Below are positions 42,688-53,458 of a stretch of DNA of 64,000 nt, piece after piece. Under the pieces are notes generated by a model that did no database searches, had not been told where the DNA came from, and was given only the letters and a program-made list of their open reading frames with translations. Made by a program: the position numbers and the translations under genes. Location: assembly GCA_003241645.1 (NCBI GenBank), contig QFOX01000003.1:1500-65499 (forward strand), read 5' to 3'. Origin of the DNA: Azospirillum brasilense (GTDB taxonomy: Bacteria; Pseudomonadota; Alphaproteobacteria; Rickettsiales; UBA3002). How positions within the stretch are numbered: position 1 is the stretch's first letter; each line of letters begins with the position of its first letter.

Positions 42688-45486
42688 CTAGGCCAGCGTG
42701 CCGTGGCAATGCTTGAACTTCTTGCCGGAACCGCACGGGCAGGGCTCGTTGCGCGCCACTTTGCCCCAGCTGGCGGGGTCGGTGGCCACGCGGTCCTGCG
42801 GCTTCACATGCATGCGCAGCGTTTGCGCCGAAGCTTGCGGGGCTGCCTCGTCCATCTGCGCGGCGAGGGCGGGGTCCACGCGGCTTTCATGCATTTCCTG
42901 CTGCGGCTTCATGCGCATCAGCTCGTCGGAAAGCTCGACGCGGATCTGCACGCGCGACAGGCGCGACACCACCACTTCGCGCAGGTGGTTCAGCATATGC
43001 TCGAACAGCGAGAAGGCTTCCTGCTTGTACTCGTTCAGCGGGTCGCGCTGCGCGTACGCCCGCAGGTTAATGCCCTGACGCAAATGGTCGAGCGACAGCA
43101 GGTGGTCCTTCCACAGCTGGTCGAGCGTTTCCATCAGCACGCGTTTTTCGGCAATGGCAAAAATATCCGGCGGGAAGTTCGCGGCGCGCACCAGCATGTG
43201 CTCGCGCGTGGCGTTCTCCAGCCGTGCGAGGATCTCCTCGTCGGCAATGCCTTCCTCGGCGGCCCAATCGGCCACGGGCAGTTCCAGCCCGTAGATGCGC
43301 TTCACTTCGCTGGCGAGGCCTGCCACGTCCCACGCATCGGCGTAGCTGCCGGCGGGAATGTGCGCGGCCACCAGCTGGGCGTTCACGTCGGCGCGCATGT
43401 CTTCGACGGTCTCGTGCACGTCGGTGAAATCCATCAGCTCCAGGCGCTGTTCATAGATCACTTTGCGCTGGTCGTTCATCACGTCATCGAACTTCAGCAG
43501 CGTTTTGCGGATCTCGTAGTTGCGTTGCTCGACCTTGGTCTGCGCGCGCTCGATGGCCTTGTTCATCCACGGGTGGAAGATGGCTTCGTCCTCTTTCAGG
43601 CCAAGACGGGTCAGCGCCGCGTCGATGCGTTCGGAGCCGAAAATGCGCATCAGGTCGTCCTGCAGTGACAGGAAGAATTTCGACGCGCCGGGGTCACCCT
43701 GACGGCCCGAACGGCCGCGCAGCTGGTTATCGATGCGGCGCGATTCATGCCGCTCGGTACCAATCACGAACAGGCCGCCGGCGTTGCGCACGACTTCCTT
43801 GTCAGCTTCGACCTGCGAACGGATGCGCTCCTGCGCCACGGCGTCCAGCGCTTCTACGCCTTTGTTCTCGGCCTCCTGCTTGATGAGCATGTCGGCGTTA
43901 CCGCCAAGCATAATATCGGTGCCGCGGCCCGCCATGTTGGTGGCGATGGTGATGGCACCGGGGCGGCCCGCCTGCGCAATGATCTGCGCTTCCTGTTCGT
44001 GGAAGCGGGCGTTGAGCACCTGATGCGGGATCTTCTCTTTCTTCAGCACAGCGGCGAAGGATTCGGATTTCTCGATGCTCACGGTGCCCACCAGCACAGG
44101 CTGGTTGCGCGCATGCGCTTCGGTGATGAGCTTGATCACCGCGCGGTCGCGCTCGGCGCTGGTGCGGTAGATCTCGTCGTCCATGTCCTGGCGCGCCACG
44201 GCACGGTGGGTGGGGATCTCGATCACTTCCAGCTTGTAGATGTCGTGGAACTCGCCCGCTTCGGTCATGGCGGTGCCGGTCATGCCCGCCAGTTTGGGGA
44301 ACAGGCGGAAATAATTCTGGAACGTGATGCTTGCCAGCGTCTGGTTCTCGTTCTGGATGGTGACTTTTTCTTTCGCTTCCAGCGCCTGGTGCAGGCCTTC
44401 GCTGTAGCGGCGGCCTTCCATCATGCGGCCGGTGAACTCATCGATGATGACCACCTTGTTGTTCTTCACGATGTAGTCGGTATCGCGCTTGAACAGCACA
44501 TGCGCGCGCAGGGCCTGCTGCACATGGTGCACCACCGATACGTTCTCGATGTCATAGAGCCCGGCGCCTTCCGGCAGCAGGCCGTGTTCGGCCAGCAATT
44601 GCTCCATGAATGCCACGCCCGCCTCGGTGAGCGACGCGCTGCGCTGCTTCTCGTCATGCTCGTAGAAATTGTTCGGCTCGTCGGGCTTGTTGGCGGCGGC
44701 CTTCTGCTGTGCCGTCAGCGTCGAGGGCACATGCGCAGCAAGCAGCGTGGGGATCAGGCGGTCCACCTTCATGTAGAGTTCGGAATTGTCTTCCGTGGGG
44801 CCCGAGATAATGAGCGGCGTGCGCGCCTCATCGATCAGGATGGAGTCCACCTCATCCACGATGGCGTAGTTGAACGGGCGCTGCACCATGTCTTCGCGGC
44901 TGTATTTCATGTTGTCGCGCAGGTAGTCGAAGCCGTATTCGTTGTTGGTGCCGTAGGTGATGTCGCAGGCATAGGCGGCGCGGCGCTGGTCATCGTCCAG
45001 CCCATGCACGATCACGCCGACGCTGAGGCCGAGGAATTCGTGGATCTTACCCATCCACGCGCTATCGCGCTGGGCGAGGTAGTCGTTCACGGTCACGATG
45101 TGCACGCCCTTGCCGGTGAGTGCGTTCAGGTAAGCGGGCAGGGTGGCCACCAGCGTTTTACCTTCGCCGGTCTTCATTTCCGAGATCATGCTCTTGTGCA
45201 GCACCAGCCCGCCAATGAGCTGTTCATCAAAGTGGCGCATGCCCAGCACGCGCTTGCCCGCTTCGCGCACCACGGCGAAGGCTTCCACGGTGAGTTTGTC
45301 GAGTGGGGTGCCATTGGCCAGCGCGGCCTTGAACGCATCCGTCTTGGCGCGAAGTTCGTCGTCGCTCAGTGCGCTGATCGTCGCTTCCAGCGCGTTGATC
45401 TCCTCCACCGTGCGGCGCAGGCTGGTGACAATGCGCTCGTTGGAGCTACCGAAGATTTTCTTGGCGATGTTGGAAAGCATGGTCAC
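42688..45486 (-). CDS. secA: preprotein translocase ATPase SecA
   Basis: Motifs are MKTGEGKT (Walker A), the [19 protein letters not shown] region and the C-terminal zinc finger [14 protein letters not shown]. Size is 932 aa. Confidence 0.97.
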   Translation of the reverse strand: MTMLSNIAKKIFGSSNERIVTSLRRTVEEINALEATISALSDDELRAKTDAFKAALANGTPLDKLTVEAFAVVREAGKRVLGMRHFDEQLIGGLVLHKSMISEMKTGEGKTLVATLPAYLNALTGKGVHIVTVNDYLAQRDSAWMGKIHEFLGLSVGVIVHGLDDDQRRAAYACDITYGTNNEYGFDYLRDNMKYSREDMVQRPFNYAIVDEVDSILIDEARTPLIISGPTEDNSELYMKVDRLIPTLLAAHVPSTLTAQQKAAANKPDEPNNFYEHDEKQRSASLTEAGVAFMEQLLAEHGLLPEGAGLYDIENVSVVHHVQQALRAHVLFKRDTDYIVKNNKVVIIDEFTGRMMEGRRYSEGLHQALEAKEKVTIQNENQTLASITFQNYFRLFPKLAGMTGTAMTEAGEFHDIYKLEVIEIPTHRAVARQDMDDEIYRTSAERDRAVIKLITEAHARNQPVLVGTVSIEKSESFAAVLKKEKIPHQVLNARFHEQEAQIIAQAGRPGAITIATNMAGRGTDIMLGGNADMLIKQEAENKGVEALDAVAQERIRSQVEADKEVVRNAGGLFVIGTERHESRRIDNQLRGRSGRQGDPGASKFFLSLQDDLMRIFGSERIDAALTRLGLKEDEAIFHPWMNKAIERAQTKVEQRNYEIRKTLLKFDDVMNDQRKVIYEQRLELMDFTDVHETVEDMRADVNAQLVAAHIPAGSYADAWDVAGLASEVKRIYGLELPVADWAAEEGIADEEILARLENATREHMLVRAANFPPDIFAIAEKRVLMETLDQLWKDHLLSLDHLRQGINLRAYAQRDPLNEYKQEAFSLFEHMLNHLREVVVSRLSRVQIRVELSDELMRMKPQQEMHESRVDPALAAQMDEAAPQASAQTLRMHVKPQDRVATDPASWGKVARNEPCPCGSGKKFKHCHGTLA

Positions 45487-45647
45487 TACGTTTCGTTAAA
45501 GAATGGGTGCAATCGCGCGGATATAGGCGCTGGGCGGCACAGTGTCAATTATCCCCCGCGTGTTTTCCGCAGTTTCTATGGCTTGTCAGGGGGGTGGTTT
45601 TGTGGCAATCCCATGGCCAGCAAAACCCAAACCGAAGAAGGTTCCCC

Positions 45648-46520
45648 ATGCGTCGCCAACTCCTCGCCCTCGTTGCTGCTACTGCGCTTACCACCCTTGC
45701 AAGCCCTGTCTGGGCCGACGATTACGTGCTGATGAAGGTCAACAGCCAGGACGTGACCAAGACCGAAGTGGACCGTATGTGGGCAGGCCTTTTCCCCGCC
45801 GGGCAGGCGCCTGAGCTGGAAGCCATGCAACCGCAAATGCGCGATAAGATCCTGCGCGGCGTGATGACCGAGCGCCTGCTGCTGGGCGAGGCCCTGAAGC
45901 AGGGCGTGGACAAGTCCGATGCGGTGGCGAAAGAACTGGAAGAAGTGAAGCGCAAGCTGGTGGTTCGCCACTTCCTTGAAGCCAAGACCTCCGACATCTC
46001 GGAAGCCGACCTGAAGCGCGAATACGAGACCATGGTCGCCAGCATGCGCGACCAGAAAGAAGTGCGCGCGCGCCATATCCTCGTGAGCACCGAAGCCGAA
46101 GCCAAGGACGTGAAGAAGAAGCTGGATGACGGCAAGAAGTTCGAGGACGTGGCCCGCGAATATTCGAAAGACCCCGGCAGCGCCAAGCAAGGTGGTGACC
46201 TCGGTTACTTCACCAAGGATAAAATGGTGAAACCCTTCGCCGATGCTGCGTTCAGCATGAAAAAAGGCGCGGTTTCGGAGCCGGTGAAATCCCAGTTCGG
46301 CTGGCATGTGATCAAGGTCGAGGATAGCCGCCCGGTCACCATTCCCACCTACAATCAGGTGAAAGAGCAGCTGCGCGTGTCGCTGCAGGAGAAAAAGCTG
46401 AACGATTACATTCGTGGGCTCGTGAAAGACGCGGAAGTGAAAGTGTATGACGCCAAAGGCGAAGAACTGCCCTTCAGCAAAGACATTCCCGCTGAAAAAG
46501 ACGCCGCGAAGAAAGACTAA
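45648..46520 (+). CDS. parvulin-type peptidyl-prolyl cis-trans isomerase (SurA/PpiD-like)
   Basis: Signal peptide is MRRQLLALVAATALTTLASPVWA. The PpiC domain reads RARHILV..., GGDLGYFTKDKMVKPFADAAF and SQFGWHVIKVE. Confidence 0.85.
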   Translation: MRRQLLALVAATALTTLASPVWADDYVLMKVNSQDVTKTEVDRMWAGLFPAGQAPELEAMQPQMRDKILRGVMTERLLLGEALKQGVDKSDAVAKELEEVKRKLVVRHFLEAKTSDISEADLKREYETMVASMRDQKEVRARHILVSTEAEAKDVKKKLDDGKKFEDVAREYSKDPGSAKQGGDLGYFTKDKMVKPFADAAFSMKKGAVSEPVKSQFGWHVIKVEDSRPVTIPTYNQVKEQLRVSLQEKKLNDYIRGLVKDAEVKVYDAKGEELPFSKDIPAEKDAAKKD

Positions 46521-47740
46521 TGGGTAAGCTCGCAACCTCGCCGCTGGCCCCTTCTGCCACGCCATCGCTGCCGCCGCTGGCGGGGGTGAAGCTTGGCGCC
46601 GCACAGGCGGGCATTCGCTATCAGGGCCGCACTGACCTGCTACTGGTTGAAATGGTAGCAGGCACCACGGTGGCGGGCGTATTCACCCGCTCCAAGGCAC
46701 CGTCGGCACCCATTGACTGGTGCCGCGCCGCCCTACCGCACGGCACGGCGCGGGCACTGGTGGTCAATTCCGGCAACGCCAATGCCTTCACCGGCAAACG
46801 CGGTGTCGCCTCGGTGCAGGCTTCGGCTGCTGCGGCTGCCGCGGCGGTGGGTTGCGCCCCGCACGAGGTGTTCCTTGCCTCCACCGGGGTGATCGGCGAG
46901 CCGTTGCCGCACGAGAAGATCGAAGCGGCGCTGCCCGCCTTGCATGCCAGCCTGAGCGATGACTGGAACGGCGCCGCCCGCGCCATCATGACGACCGACA
47001 CCTTCCCCAAAGCCGCCACCCGCAGCCTGCAGGTGGATGGGGTGAGCGTCACCATCAACGGCATTGCCAAAGGCTCCGGCATGATCGCGCCGGACATGGC
47101 GACCATGCTCGGCTTCATCTTCACCGACGCCGAAATCGCCCAACCATTGCTGCAGCACATGCTGCAGCGCGCCAATGCGAAAAGCTTCAACGCCATCACG
47201 GTGGATGGCGACACAAGCACCAGCGATTGCGCGCTGCTGTTCGCCACCGGCAAAGCGGGCGTGGCCGTGACGGAAGCGTCGCATGCGGCGTTCGAAGCGG
47301 CACTGACCGACCTGCTGATCGAGCTGGCGCAGCTCATCGTGAAGGATGGCGAAGGCGCACAAAAATTCATGACCATTCGTGTGCGCGGCGCGGAAAGCGA
47401 CCATGCCGCCCACCGCATCGGTCTGGCCATTGGCAATTCGCCGCTGGTGAAGACCGCCATTGCAGGCGAGGACGCGAACTGGGGCCGCATCGTGATGGCC
47501 GTGGGCAAAAGCGGCGAAGCGGCCGACCGCGACAAGCTGAGCGTGGCCATTGGCGGCGTGGTGATCGCGCGCGATGGCGAACGCGTGGAAGGCTACGACG
47601 AAGCGCCGGTGAATGCGCACATGAAAACCCGCGACATCCTCATCGAGGTGGATCTGCAGATCGGGCCGGGCACCGCCACCGTGTGGACATGTGATCTCAC
47701 CCACGGTTACATCGACATCAACGCGGATTACCGCTCCTGA
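46520..47740 (+). CDS. argJ: bifunctional ornithine acetyltransferase / N-acetylglutamate synthase
   Basis: Motifs are NSGNANAFTG, IMTTDTFPK, MIAPDMATMLGFIFTDA (self-cleavage site region) and DLTHGYIDINADYRS. Confidence 0.93.
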   Translation: MGKLATSPLAPSATPSLPPLAGVKLGAAQAGIRYQGRTDLLLVEMVAGTTVAGVFTRSKAPSAPIDWCRAALPHGTARALVVNSGNANAFTGKRGVASVQASAAAAAAAVGCAPHEVFLASTGVIGEPLPHEKIEAALPALHASLSDDWNGAARAIMTTDTFPKAATRSLQVDGVSVTINGIAKGSGMIAPDMATMLGFIFTDAEIAQPLLQHMLQRANAKSFNAITVDGDTSTSDCALLFATGKAGVAVTEASHAAFEAALTDLLIELAQLIVKDGEGAQKFMTIRVRGAESDHAAHRIGLAIGNSPLVKTAIAGEDANWGRIVMAVGKSGEAADRDKLSVAIGGVVIARDGERVEGYDEAPVNAHMKTRDILIEVDLQIGPGTATVWTCDLTHGYIDINADYRS

Positions 47741-47741
47741 G

Positions 47742-47847
47742 GTTTCTATGGCCGACCGCGTTGTCATCGCGCTACTCGCTCGGTTATGTAGGCCTTCTAC
47801 ACTCCCTCGCTGCGTGGCGGGATTCCTAGCGTTCGGCTCCTATAAAC
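47742..47847. repeat. palindromic element (family B), copy 2, abutting the argJ stop codon
   Basis: GTTTCTATGG...CGTTGTCATCGCGCTACTCGCTCGGTTATGTAGGCCTTCTACACTCCCTCGCTGCGTGGCGGGATTCCTAGC...CCTATAAAC aligns with 13634-13753. Confidence 0.75.
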
Positions 47848-47863
47848 CCTCAGGATACCATCA

Positions 47864-48286
47864 ATGAAAACTGTACTTGTTTCTGCCGTTGCCCTGATCG
47901 ATGCGGATGGTCGCGTGCTGCTGAACCAGCGGCCCGAAGGCAAGCATCTGGCGGGCATGTGGGAATATCCCGGCGGCAAGGTCGAACCGGGCGAGAGCCC
48001 GGAACGCGCCCTCATCCGCGAGATCCGCGAAGAGCTGGGTGTGGAACTCTGCGAGCGCTGCTTCGCGCCGCTGTCGTTCGTCAGCCATGCCTATGAAGAT
48101 TTCCAGCTGTTGATGCTGCTGTACGTGGCGCATCGCTGGGAAGGCATTCCACAAAGCCGCGAGGGGCAGGCCCTGACCTGGAAACGCCCGGCCGAGATGC
48201 GCGCCATGCCCATGCCCCCCGCCGATGTACCGCTGATCCACGTGCTGGAAGAATACGTGGCCAGCCGCATGAAATCACCGGCCTAG
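47864..48286 (+). CDS. mutT: 8-oxo-dGTP diphosphatase (MutT-type Nudix hydrolase)
   Basis: It has the canonical Nudix box GGKVEPGESPERALIREIREELGV. Confidence 0.85.
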   Translation: MKTVLVSAVALIDADGRVLLNQRPEGKHLAGMWEYPGGKVEPGESPERALIREIREELGVELCERCFAPLSFVSHAYEDFQLLMLLYVAHRWEGIPQSREGQALTWKRPAEMRAMPMPPADVPLIHVLEEYVASRMKSPA

Positions 48287-49131
48287 GGCTGGTAATCCTT
48301 CAGCACGTCGTTCAGGTGCACCATGCCGCTGCCGCGCTTGGCGGGCTGTTGCTGCGACGGCGCCGGCTTCCAGCCGCACAGAGTAATGATCTCCGCGGTG
48401 GCGTGCAGGCGGCCCTGTGCATCGCGGTAATGCGCGTTGTAATGGTTCGCGGCCTGCACAAACACCTGCCGCCGCGTGAAATGCTTCTGCCGCCCCTGCA
48501 GCATGTTCTGCTCGCCGCTGCCACGCAGCTCGCTCAGCAGCGCACCCAGTTCGGAATAATGCACCGGAAGGCTGATACTATCCACCACCGGCAGCGCAAA
48601 GCCCGCGCGCTGCAGCAAATTGCCCGCATCGCGCACCTCGAGGAACGGGGCGATGCGTGGGGTAATACCCCCGGTGACGGCCGCTTCGGCCTGCGCCAGT
48701 GCGTCGCGCAGTTCGCGCAGCGTGCCAGCCCCCGGCATGGTCGCAAGGAACAATCCATCGGGCTTCAGCGCGCGCCGCGCCTGAATGAGCAGGCCCGGCA
48801 GGTCATTCACGGTGTGCAGGCTAAGGTTGCTGACGATCGCGTCCAGCGAATCATCGGCAAAGGGCAGCAATTCCTCATCCATCACCAGCTGGTCGCCCGT
48901 GATAAGCAGTTGCGTGCCGGCCCGTGCGCGCAACACATCGCCCAGATGCGCCGTGCGCGGGTAGAGCTCAGCCACGCGCGCGAACGGCCGGGTAATGGGC
49001 AGCAGCGATTCGGCAAGGATATCCGCGCCCTCGGCGAACAGAAAGTCGTGCTCCGCCAGCGTCGATCGCGCACGCAGAAGATGCTTGCGCCGTGCCGCGC
49101 GGTCGAACAGAATGCTGGGCGTTTGCTGCAT
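48283..49131 (-). CDS. class I SAM-dependent methyltransferase
   Basis: DAIVSNLSLHTVNDLPG and LKPDGLFLATMPG are type-11 methyltransferase-like. Confidence 0.65.
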   Translation of the reverse strand: MQQTPSILFDRAARRKHLLRARSTLAEHDFLFAEGADILAESLLPITRPFARVAELYPRTAHLGDVLRARAGTQLLITGDQLVMDEELLPFADDSLDAIVSNLSLHTVNDLPGLLIQARRALKPDGLFLATMPGAGTLRELRDALAQAEAAVTGGITPRIAPFLEVRDAGNLLQRAGFALPVVDSISLPVHYSELGALLSELRGSGEQNMLQGRQKHFTRRQVFVQAANHYNAHYRDAQGRLHATAEIITLCGWKPAPSQQQPAKRGSGMVHLNDVLKDYQP

Positions 49132-49204
49132 GCCTGCAACCTAACGCGCGAGGTGCCGTTTGGCCAGCCTGAAACCTTCTCTGTGGCTTCGTCCCGTGGT
49201 TCCC

Positions 49205-49918
49205 ATGGCGCAATGGGCGTTGAGTGCCGCATTTCCCCCGCGCTGCCCCAGTTGCGATGATCTGGTCGATCGGCAGCATAATTTCTGTGCCCCGTGCTTC
49301 CAGCAATTGCAGCATATCAGCGAGCCGCTGTGCCATGCGTGCGGCATTCCCTTCGCGGTGCCCATGGGCGAGGGTGCACTGTGCCCCACCTGCATTGCCG
49401 AGCCTGCGAGCTACGACCATATCCGTGCGCCGCTGGTGTATAACGAGGCGAGCGGCCCAGTGATTCGCGCCCTGAAATTCCATGACCGTTACACCGGGCT
49501 GGATCGCAGCGTGCAGATGATGCGTGCCGCGCTCGGGCCCTTGGCCGACAGGGTGGATGTGGTGGTGCCCGTGCCGCTGCATTGGCGGCGGCTTGCGCAG
49601 CGGCGTTACAACCAATCGGCGTTGCTGGCGTTTGGCCTTACCCGCAGCATAAGCGTGCCCTGCCAGCCGGCATTGTTAAAGCGGGTGCAGGCCACTAAGC
49701 CGCAGGCGCGCCTGTCGCGCGCGCAGCGCCTGCTCAATGTAAAACATGCGTTTGCTGCGTTGCAGCATTGCAATGCTGCATTGCAAAACAAAACCGTGCT
49801 GCTGGTGGATGATGTGGTGACCACCGGCGCAACCGTCAATGCCTGTGCGCGAGCCCTAAAAGATGCTGGCGCGGCGCAGGTGCTTGTGGTTGCCTTGGCG
49901 CGCACCACCAAGGACTAG
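49205..49918 (+). CDS. comF: ComF-family protein (double zinc ribbon + phosphoribosyltransferase domain)
   Basis: Cys motifs are CPSCDD..CAPCF and CHACG..CPTC. The PRT motif is VLLVDDVVTTGAT. The start is ATG 49205 or upstream TTG 49160. Confidence 0.8.
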   Translation: MAQWALSAAFPPRCPSCDDLVDRQHNFCAPCFQQLQHISEPLCHACGIPFAVPMGEGALCPTCIAEPASYDHIRAPLVYNEASGPVIRALKFHDRYTGLDRSVQMMRAALGPLADRVDVVVPVPLHWRRLAQRRYNQSALLAFGLTRSISVPCQPALLKRVQATKPQARLSRAQRLLNVKHAFAALQHCNAALQNKTVLLVDDVVTTGATVNACARALKDAGAAQVLVVALARTTKD

Positions 49919-49922
49919 AACC

Positions 49923-50771
49923 ATGACCCAGCCATTTCTTGCCGCCGCCATCCAGCTCACCAGCGGCGACGATATCGCCGCCAACATTGCGCAGATCGCC
50001 CCATTGGTGGCCGAAGCTGCGCGGGCAGGCGCGAAGCTGGTGGCGCTGCCGGAGAACGCGTTCTTCATGCGCCGCGAGGGCACCGTGGTGACGGCGGATG
50101 TGCCCATGGCGCAGCATGAAGGGATCGCGTGGGCGCGCGCTGCGGCCCGCGAGCATGGGGTGGCGCTGCTGGTGGGCTCCATCCGGGCGCGCGAAGAAGG
50201 CGCGGCCTTGCCTTATAACCGCAGTGTCTACATCGATGCGAATGGCGAGATCGCCGCGACGTACGACAAGCTGCATCTGTTCGATGTGACGCTGCCCAGC
50301 GGCGACAGCTACAAGGAATCCAGCCAGGCGCAAGCCGGGGCACAGGCCGTGCTGCTGCGCACGCCACAGGCCGCCCTTGGCCTGAGCATTTGTTATGACC
50401 TGCGCTTCCCGGCGCTATACCGCGCACAGGCATTGGCCGGGGCGCAGCTGCTGGCGGTGCCTTCCGCCTTCACCCGGCCCACCGGGCAGGCCCACTGGCA
50501 TGTATTGCTGCGCGCCCGCGCCATCGAGAATGGGTGTTACGTCATCGCCCCGGCGCAGGCAGGCACGCACCCCGGCGGCCGCGAAACCTATGGCCACACG
50601 CTGGTGGTCAACCCATGGGGTGAGATCATCGCCGAGGCGAGGGATGATGCGCCGCAGGTGGTGCTGGCAACGATTGACCCGGCCCGTGTGGCGGCGGCGC
50701 GCGCGAGCATTCCGGTGCTGCAGCATCAGCGCAGCATTGACGGTGTGCGGGTGATCGAGGTTTCAGCTTAA
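49923..50771 (+). CDS. carbon-nitrogen hydrolase (nitrilase superfamily, Nit-like)
   Basis: ALPENAF (Glu), YDKLHLFD (Lys) and ICYDLRFP (Cys) form the catalytic triad context. The start is ATG 49923. Confidence 0.85.
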   Translation: MTQPFLAAAIQLTSGDDIAANIAQIAPLVAEAARAGAKLVALPENAFFMRREGTVVTADVPMAQHEGIAWARAAAREHGVALLVGSIRAREEGAALPYNRSVYIDANGEIAATYDKLHLFDVTLPSGDSYKESSQAQAGAQAVLLRTPQAALGLSICYDLRFPALYRAQALAGAQLLAVPSAFTRPTGQAHWHVLLRARAIENGCYVIAPAQAGTHPGGRETYGHTLVVNPWGEIIAEARDDAPQVVLATIDPARVAAARASIPVLQHQRSIDGVRVIEVSA

Positions 50772-51583
50772 GCGCGGGCCGGTTCGTGGCTGGCCAGCTC
50801 GGCGGCCGCTTGCTGCGCAGCAATTTTTTCGCCCCATGGCATGGCGGGGGGCTGCGGCAGGTTCGTTTCGATCTTCGGGCCTTCGACTTTCGGCGCGTCG
50901 ATCTTCGGCTCGGATACGCTCACCGGCGAATCCGTCTGCGTGGTCGCCAACTGGGCGGTGGCGGGCGCGGTATCCATGCGCGGCGTGTCATCGCCGGAAA
51001 CCTTGAGCGTGCCCTTTGCCACGGCCTGCGTGGTTTTCAGGTCTTCAAGCTCTATGCGCGTGGCCACGTATTTCTCGCGCAGCGTGCCAAGCTCGGCGCG
51101 CGTGGTGATAATTTCATCCTGCGCTTCCTGGAACTGGCGTTTGCCGTCGCTGGCGTGTTTGGTGCCCGTGAACATGAAATAAACGGGCGCCACGAAAAAG
51201 CCCATTACACCCATCAACCCGCCACCGAATACCACGGCGGTCAGGCGTTCTTTGGGCACTTTGCTCAGCAAGGTCTTGCTGAACGGGAAATGGTTGGCGA
51301 GCCCTTCGGAGCCGCGATGCATCTGGCCAGCGATGTAACGCACGGCTTTGCTAAAGAAGTTCGTGGCTTCGGGTGCAGTTTCCCCAAGTTCTTTGAATTT
51401 TTGTTCAGCTTTTCCGACCTGTTTGTGGAACAGGTAGGAGAGCGCGCCCCCGCCGAAGAATCCTGCGGTCGCGGTGCCATAATGCGCGATGGCGCCTTCG
51501 CCCACGCCGGTTACCAGCGCGCCGGGCCCCTTGTAGGGCTCGGTTGCGATATCGCGCACGGGTGGCTGTTCGGATTTATCCAT
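50768..51583 (-). CDS. hypothetical membrane protein with coiled-coil segment
   Basis: This is a 271-aa ORF with Gly-rich hydrophobic stretches (GTATAGFFGGGALSY, VVFGGGLMGVMGFFVAPVYFMF), then a heptad-like segment and a Pro/Thr-rich tail. I recognise no family. Confidence 0.5.
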   Translation of the reverse strand: MDKSEQPPVRDIATEPYKGPGALVTGVGEGAIAHYGTATAGFFGGGALSYLFHKQVGKAEQKFKELGETAPEATNFFSKAVRYIAGQMHRGSEGLANHFPFSKTLLSKVPKERLTAVVFGGGLMGVMGFFVAPVYFMFTGTKHASDGKRQFQEAQDEIITTRAELGTLREKYVATRIELEDLKTTQAVAKGTLKVSGDDTPRMDTAPATAQLATTQTDSPVSVSEPKIDAPKVEGPKIETNLPQPPAMPWGEKIAAQQAAAELASHEPARA

Positions 51584-51628
51584 GCTGCTACTTTACCAGC
51601 CGCATGTGACGGTTTGATGACGAACGGG

Positions 51629-52387
51629 CTATTTTGTGGCGGCGAGCAGGTAATTCACGTCAAGATCCGTGGGATCAAGGCTGAAGCTGCCTTTCAGCGG
51701 GTGGAAGACCAGCCCCATGGCGGGCTGCACGGCAAAGCCGCGGCGGCTTAAGGCCGAAGCCATTTCGCTGGGGCGGATGAATTTTTTCCAGTCATGCGTG
51801 CCGCGCGGCAGCCAGCGCAGCACATATTCTGCGCCGATGATAGCCATGGCGTAGGCCTTCGCGGTGCGGTTCATGGTGCTGAGGATCAGCAGCCCGCCGG
51901 GCTTCACCAGCGCCGTGAGCGCGTCGTAGAACAGGTCGATCTCGTCCACATGCTCGATGATCTCAAGCGCCAGTACCACGTCGAACTGCGTGCCCGCCTC
52001 GGCCAGCGCTTCGGCCGTGGTGGCGCGGTAATCGATGTGCAGGCCGGAGCCTTCGGCATGCGCGCCGGCCACGGCAATGTTGCGCTCCGAGGCGTCCACC
52101 CCGGTCACCTGCGCGCCCAGTCGCGCCATCGGCTCGCAGAGCAGGCCGCCGCCGCAGCCAATGTCGGCCAGCGTTAAATTCTTCAAAGGTGTGGCAGAAT
52201 CACCTTCCGGGCCGCAAACCTTGCCAAAATGCGCCTCGATGGCCTGGCGGATATAGCCGATGCGGGCGGGGTTCAGCCGGTGCAGCGGCGCGAATTTCCC
52301 GCGCTCGTCCCACCATTCTTCGGCAATTGCCGAGAATTGCGCGACCTCGGCGGCATTGATCGTGCTGGCGCGTGCTGTGGTAGCCAT
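51629..52387 (-). CDS. ubiG: ubiquinone biosynthesis O-methyltransferase
   Basis: Motifs are EEWWDERGKFAPLHRLNP, LADIGCGGGLLCEPMA and the WLPRGTHDWKKFI region. Confidence 0.9.
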   Translation of the reverse strand: MATTARASTINAAEVAQFSAIAEEWWDERGKFAPLHRLNPARIGYIRQAIEAHFGKVCGPEGDSATPLKNLTLADIGCGGGLLCEPMARLGAQVTGVDASERNIAVAGAHAEGSGLHIDYRATTAEALAEAGTQFDVVLALEIIEHVDEIDLFYDALTALVKPGGLLILSTMNRTAKAYAMAIIGAEYVLRWLPRGTHDWKKFIRPSEMASALSRRGFAVQPAMGLVFHPLKGSFSLDPTDLDVNYLLAATK

Positions 52388-52431
52388 TGCGTTTCAAACC
52401 CTTATCGTGATACCTTCCCCATGTAAGCCTT

Positions 52432-53454
52432 ATGCAGCAACCGCGCAATACACGATCGTTCTCGGAACTTTTTGTCGGGTTTGATAAAACCATCCGACAC
52501 TATGCGTATGACCGCCCGCGGGCCTATTTCCACACGCTGCGCAAGAAATTCGAGAACCTGCCGGAGACCAATTTCAACCTCGGTTGCAGCTTTGCCGAGC
52601 GGGGCAAATGGCTGGATGCGGCGTTCCGTTTCCGTTTCGCCATTTACCTGAAACCGGATTTTACGCAGGCGCACTACAACCTTGGCTGCTGCTACGCGCA
52701 GTTGAACAAACTTCCGCAGGCCGTGGCCAGCTTTAACAAGGCGCTTAGCCTGAAGCCCGAGCACGAGGATGCCCGCTTCATGCTGGCCGGGCTGAACCCC
52801 GGTGCGCCCCAGCCGCGCAGCATGCCGCACGCCATGGTGGCGGGGTTCTTTGCGCATATCGCCCCGGAATATGACGGGCTGGCCGAAACGAATGAATACC
52901 AGGGCCCGCGGCTGATCATGGAAGCGGCCAAACCTTACCTGACCAAACTGGCCGACATCCACTACCTGGAGCTTGGCTGCGGCACCGGGCTGGTGGCCCG
53001 GCCGTGGCGCGGCATGTGCCGCGAAGTGCTGGGGGTGGACGTGACGCCCGCCATGGTCGCGGCGGCGCAGGTGGCGCGCGCGGGCGACAATCCCGTGTTC
53101 GACCGCGTGCTGCAGGCCGACATCCACACCATCCCGCCCGGCACTTTCATGCCGAACGTGACCGACATCGTGGTCTGCTGCGACACCGCGCAGTATCTGG
53201 GCGAGTTGACCCCGCTGCTGAAGACCGCTTCGGCCACGCTGGCGCCCGGTGGGCTTTTCCTGCTGACGGTGGAGCCCTTCGCGGCGCCGCAGGGCTATGC
53301 CGTGAACCGTGCCACGGCGCGCTTCGGCCACAATCCCGACTATGTGCGCAAGCTGGCGCTGGCGCATGGGCTGGAACTCAAGCGCGATGGCAAAGTGCCG
53401 CTCTATGCCGGTCAGCCCGCCCATTTATTCGTTTTTGCCAAGAAAGTAGCGTAA
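52432..53454 (+). CDS. TPR-repeat / SAM-dependent methyltransferase fusion protein
   Basis: The N-terminal TPR-like repeats are NLGCSFAERGKWLDAAFRFRFAIYLKPDFTQAHYNLGCCYAQLNKLPQAVASFNKALSLKP. The C-terminal methyltransferase motif is YLELGCGTGL. Confidence 0.7.
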   Translation: MQQPRNTRSFSELFVGFDKTIRHYAYDRPRAYFHTLRKKFENLPETNFNLGCSFAERGKWLDAAFRFRFAIYLKPDFTQAHYNLGCCYAQLNKLPQAVASFNKALSLKPEHEDARFMLAGLNPGAPQPRSMPHAMVAGFFAHIAPEYDGLAETNEYQGPRLIMEAAKPYLTKLADIHYLELGCGTGLVARPWRGMCREVLGVDVTPAMVAAAQVARAGDNPVFDRVLQADIHTIPPGTFMPNVTDIVVCCDTAQYLGELTPLLKTASATLAPGGLFLLTVEPFAAPQGYAVNRATARFGHNPDYVRKLALAHGLELKRDGKVPLYAGQPAHLFVFAKKVA

Positions 53455-53458
53455 CGGC

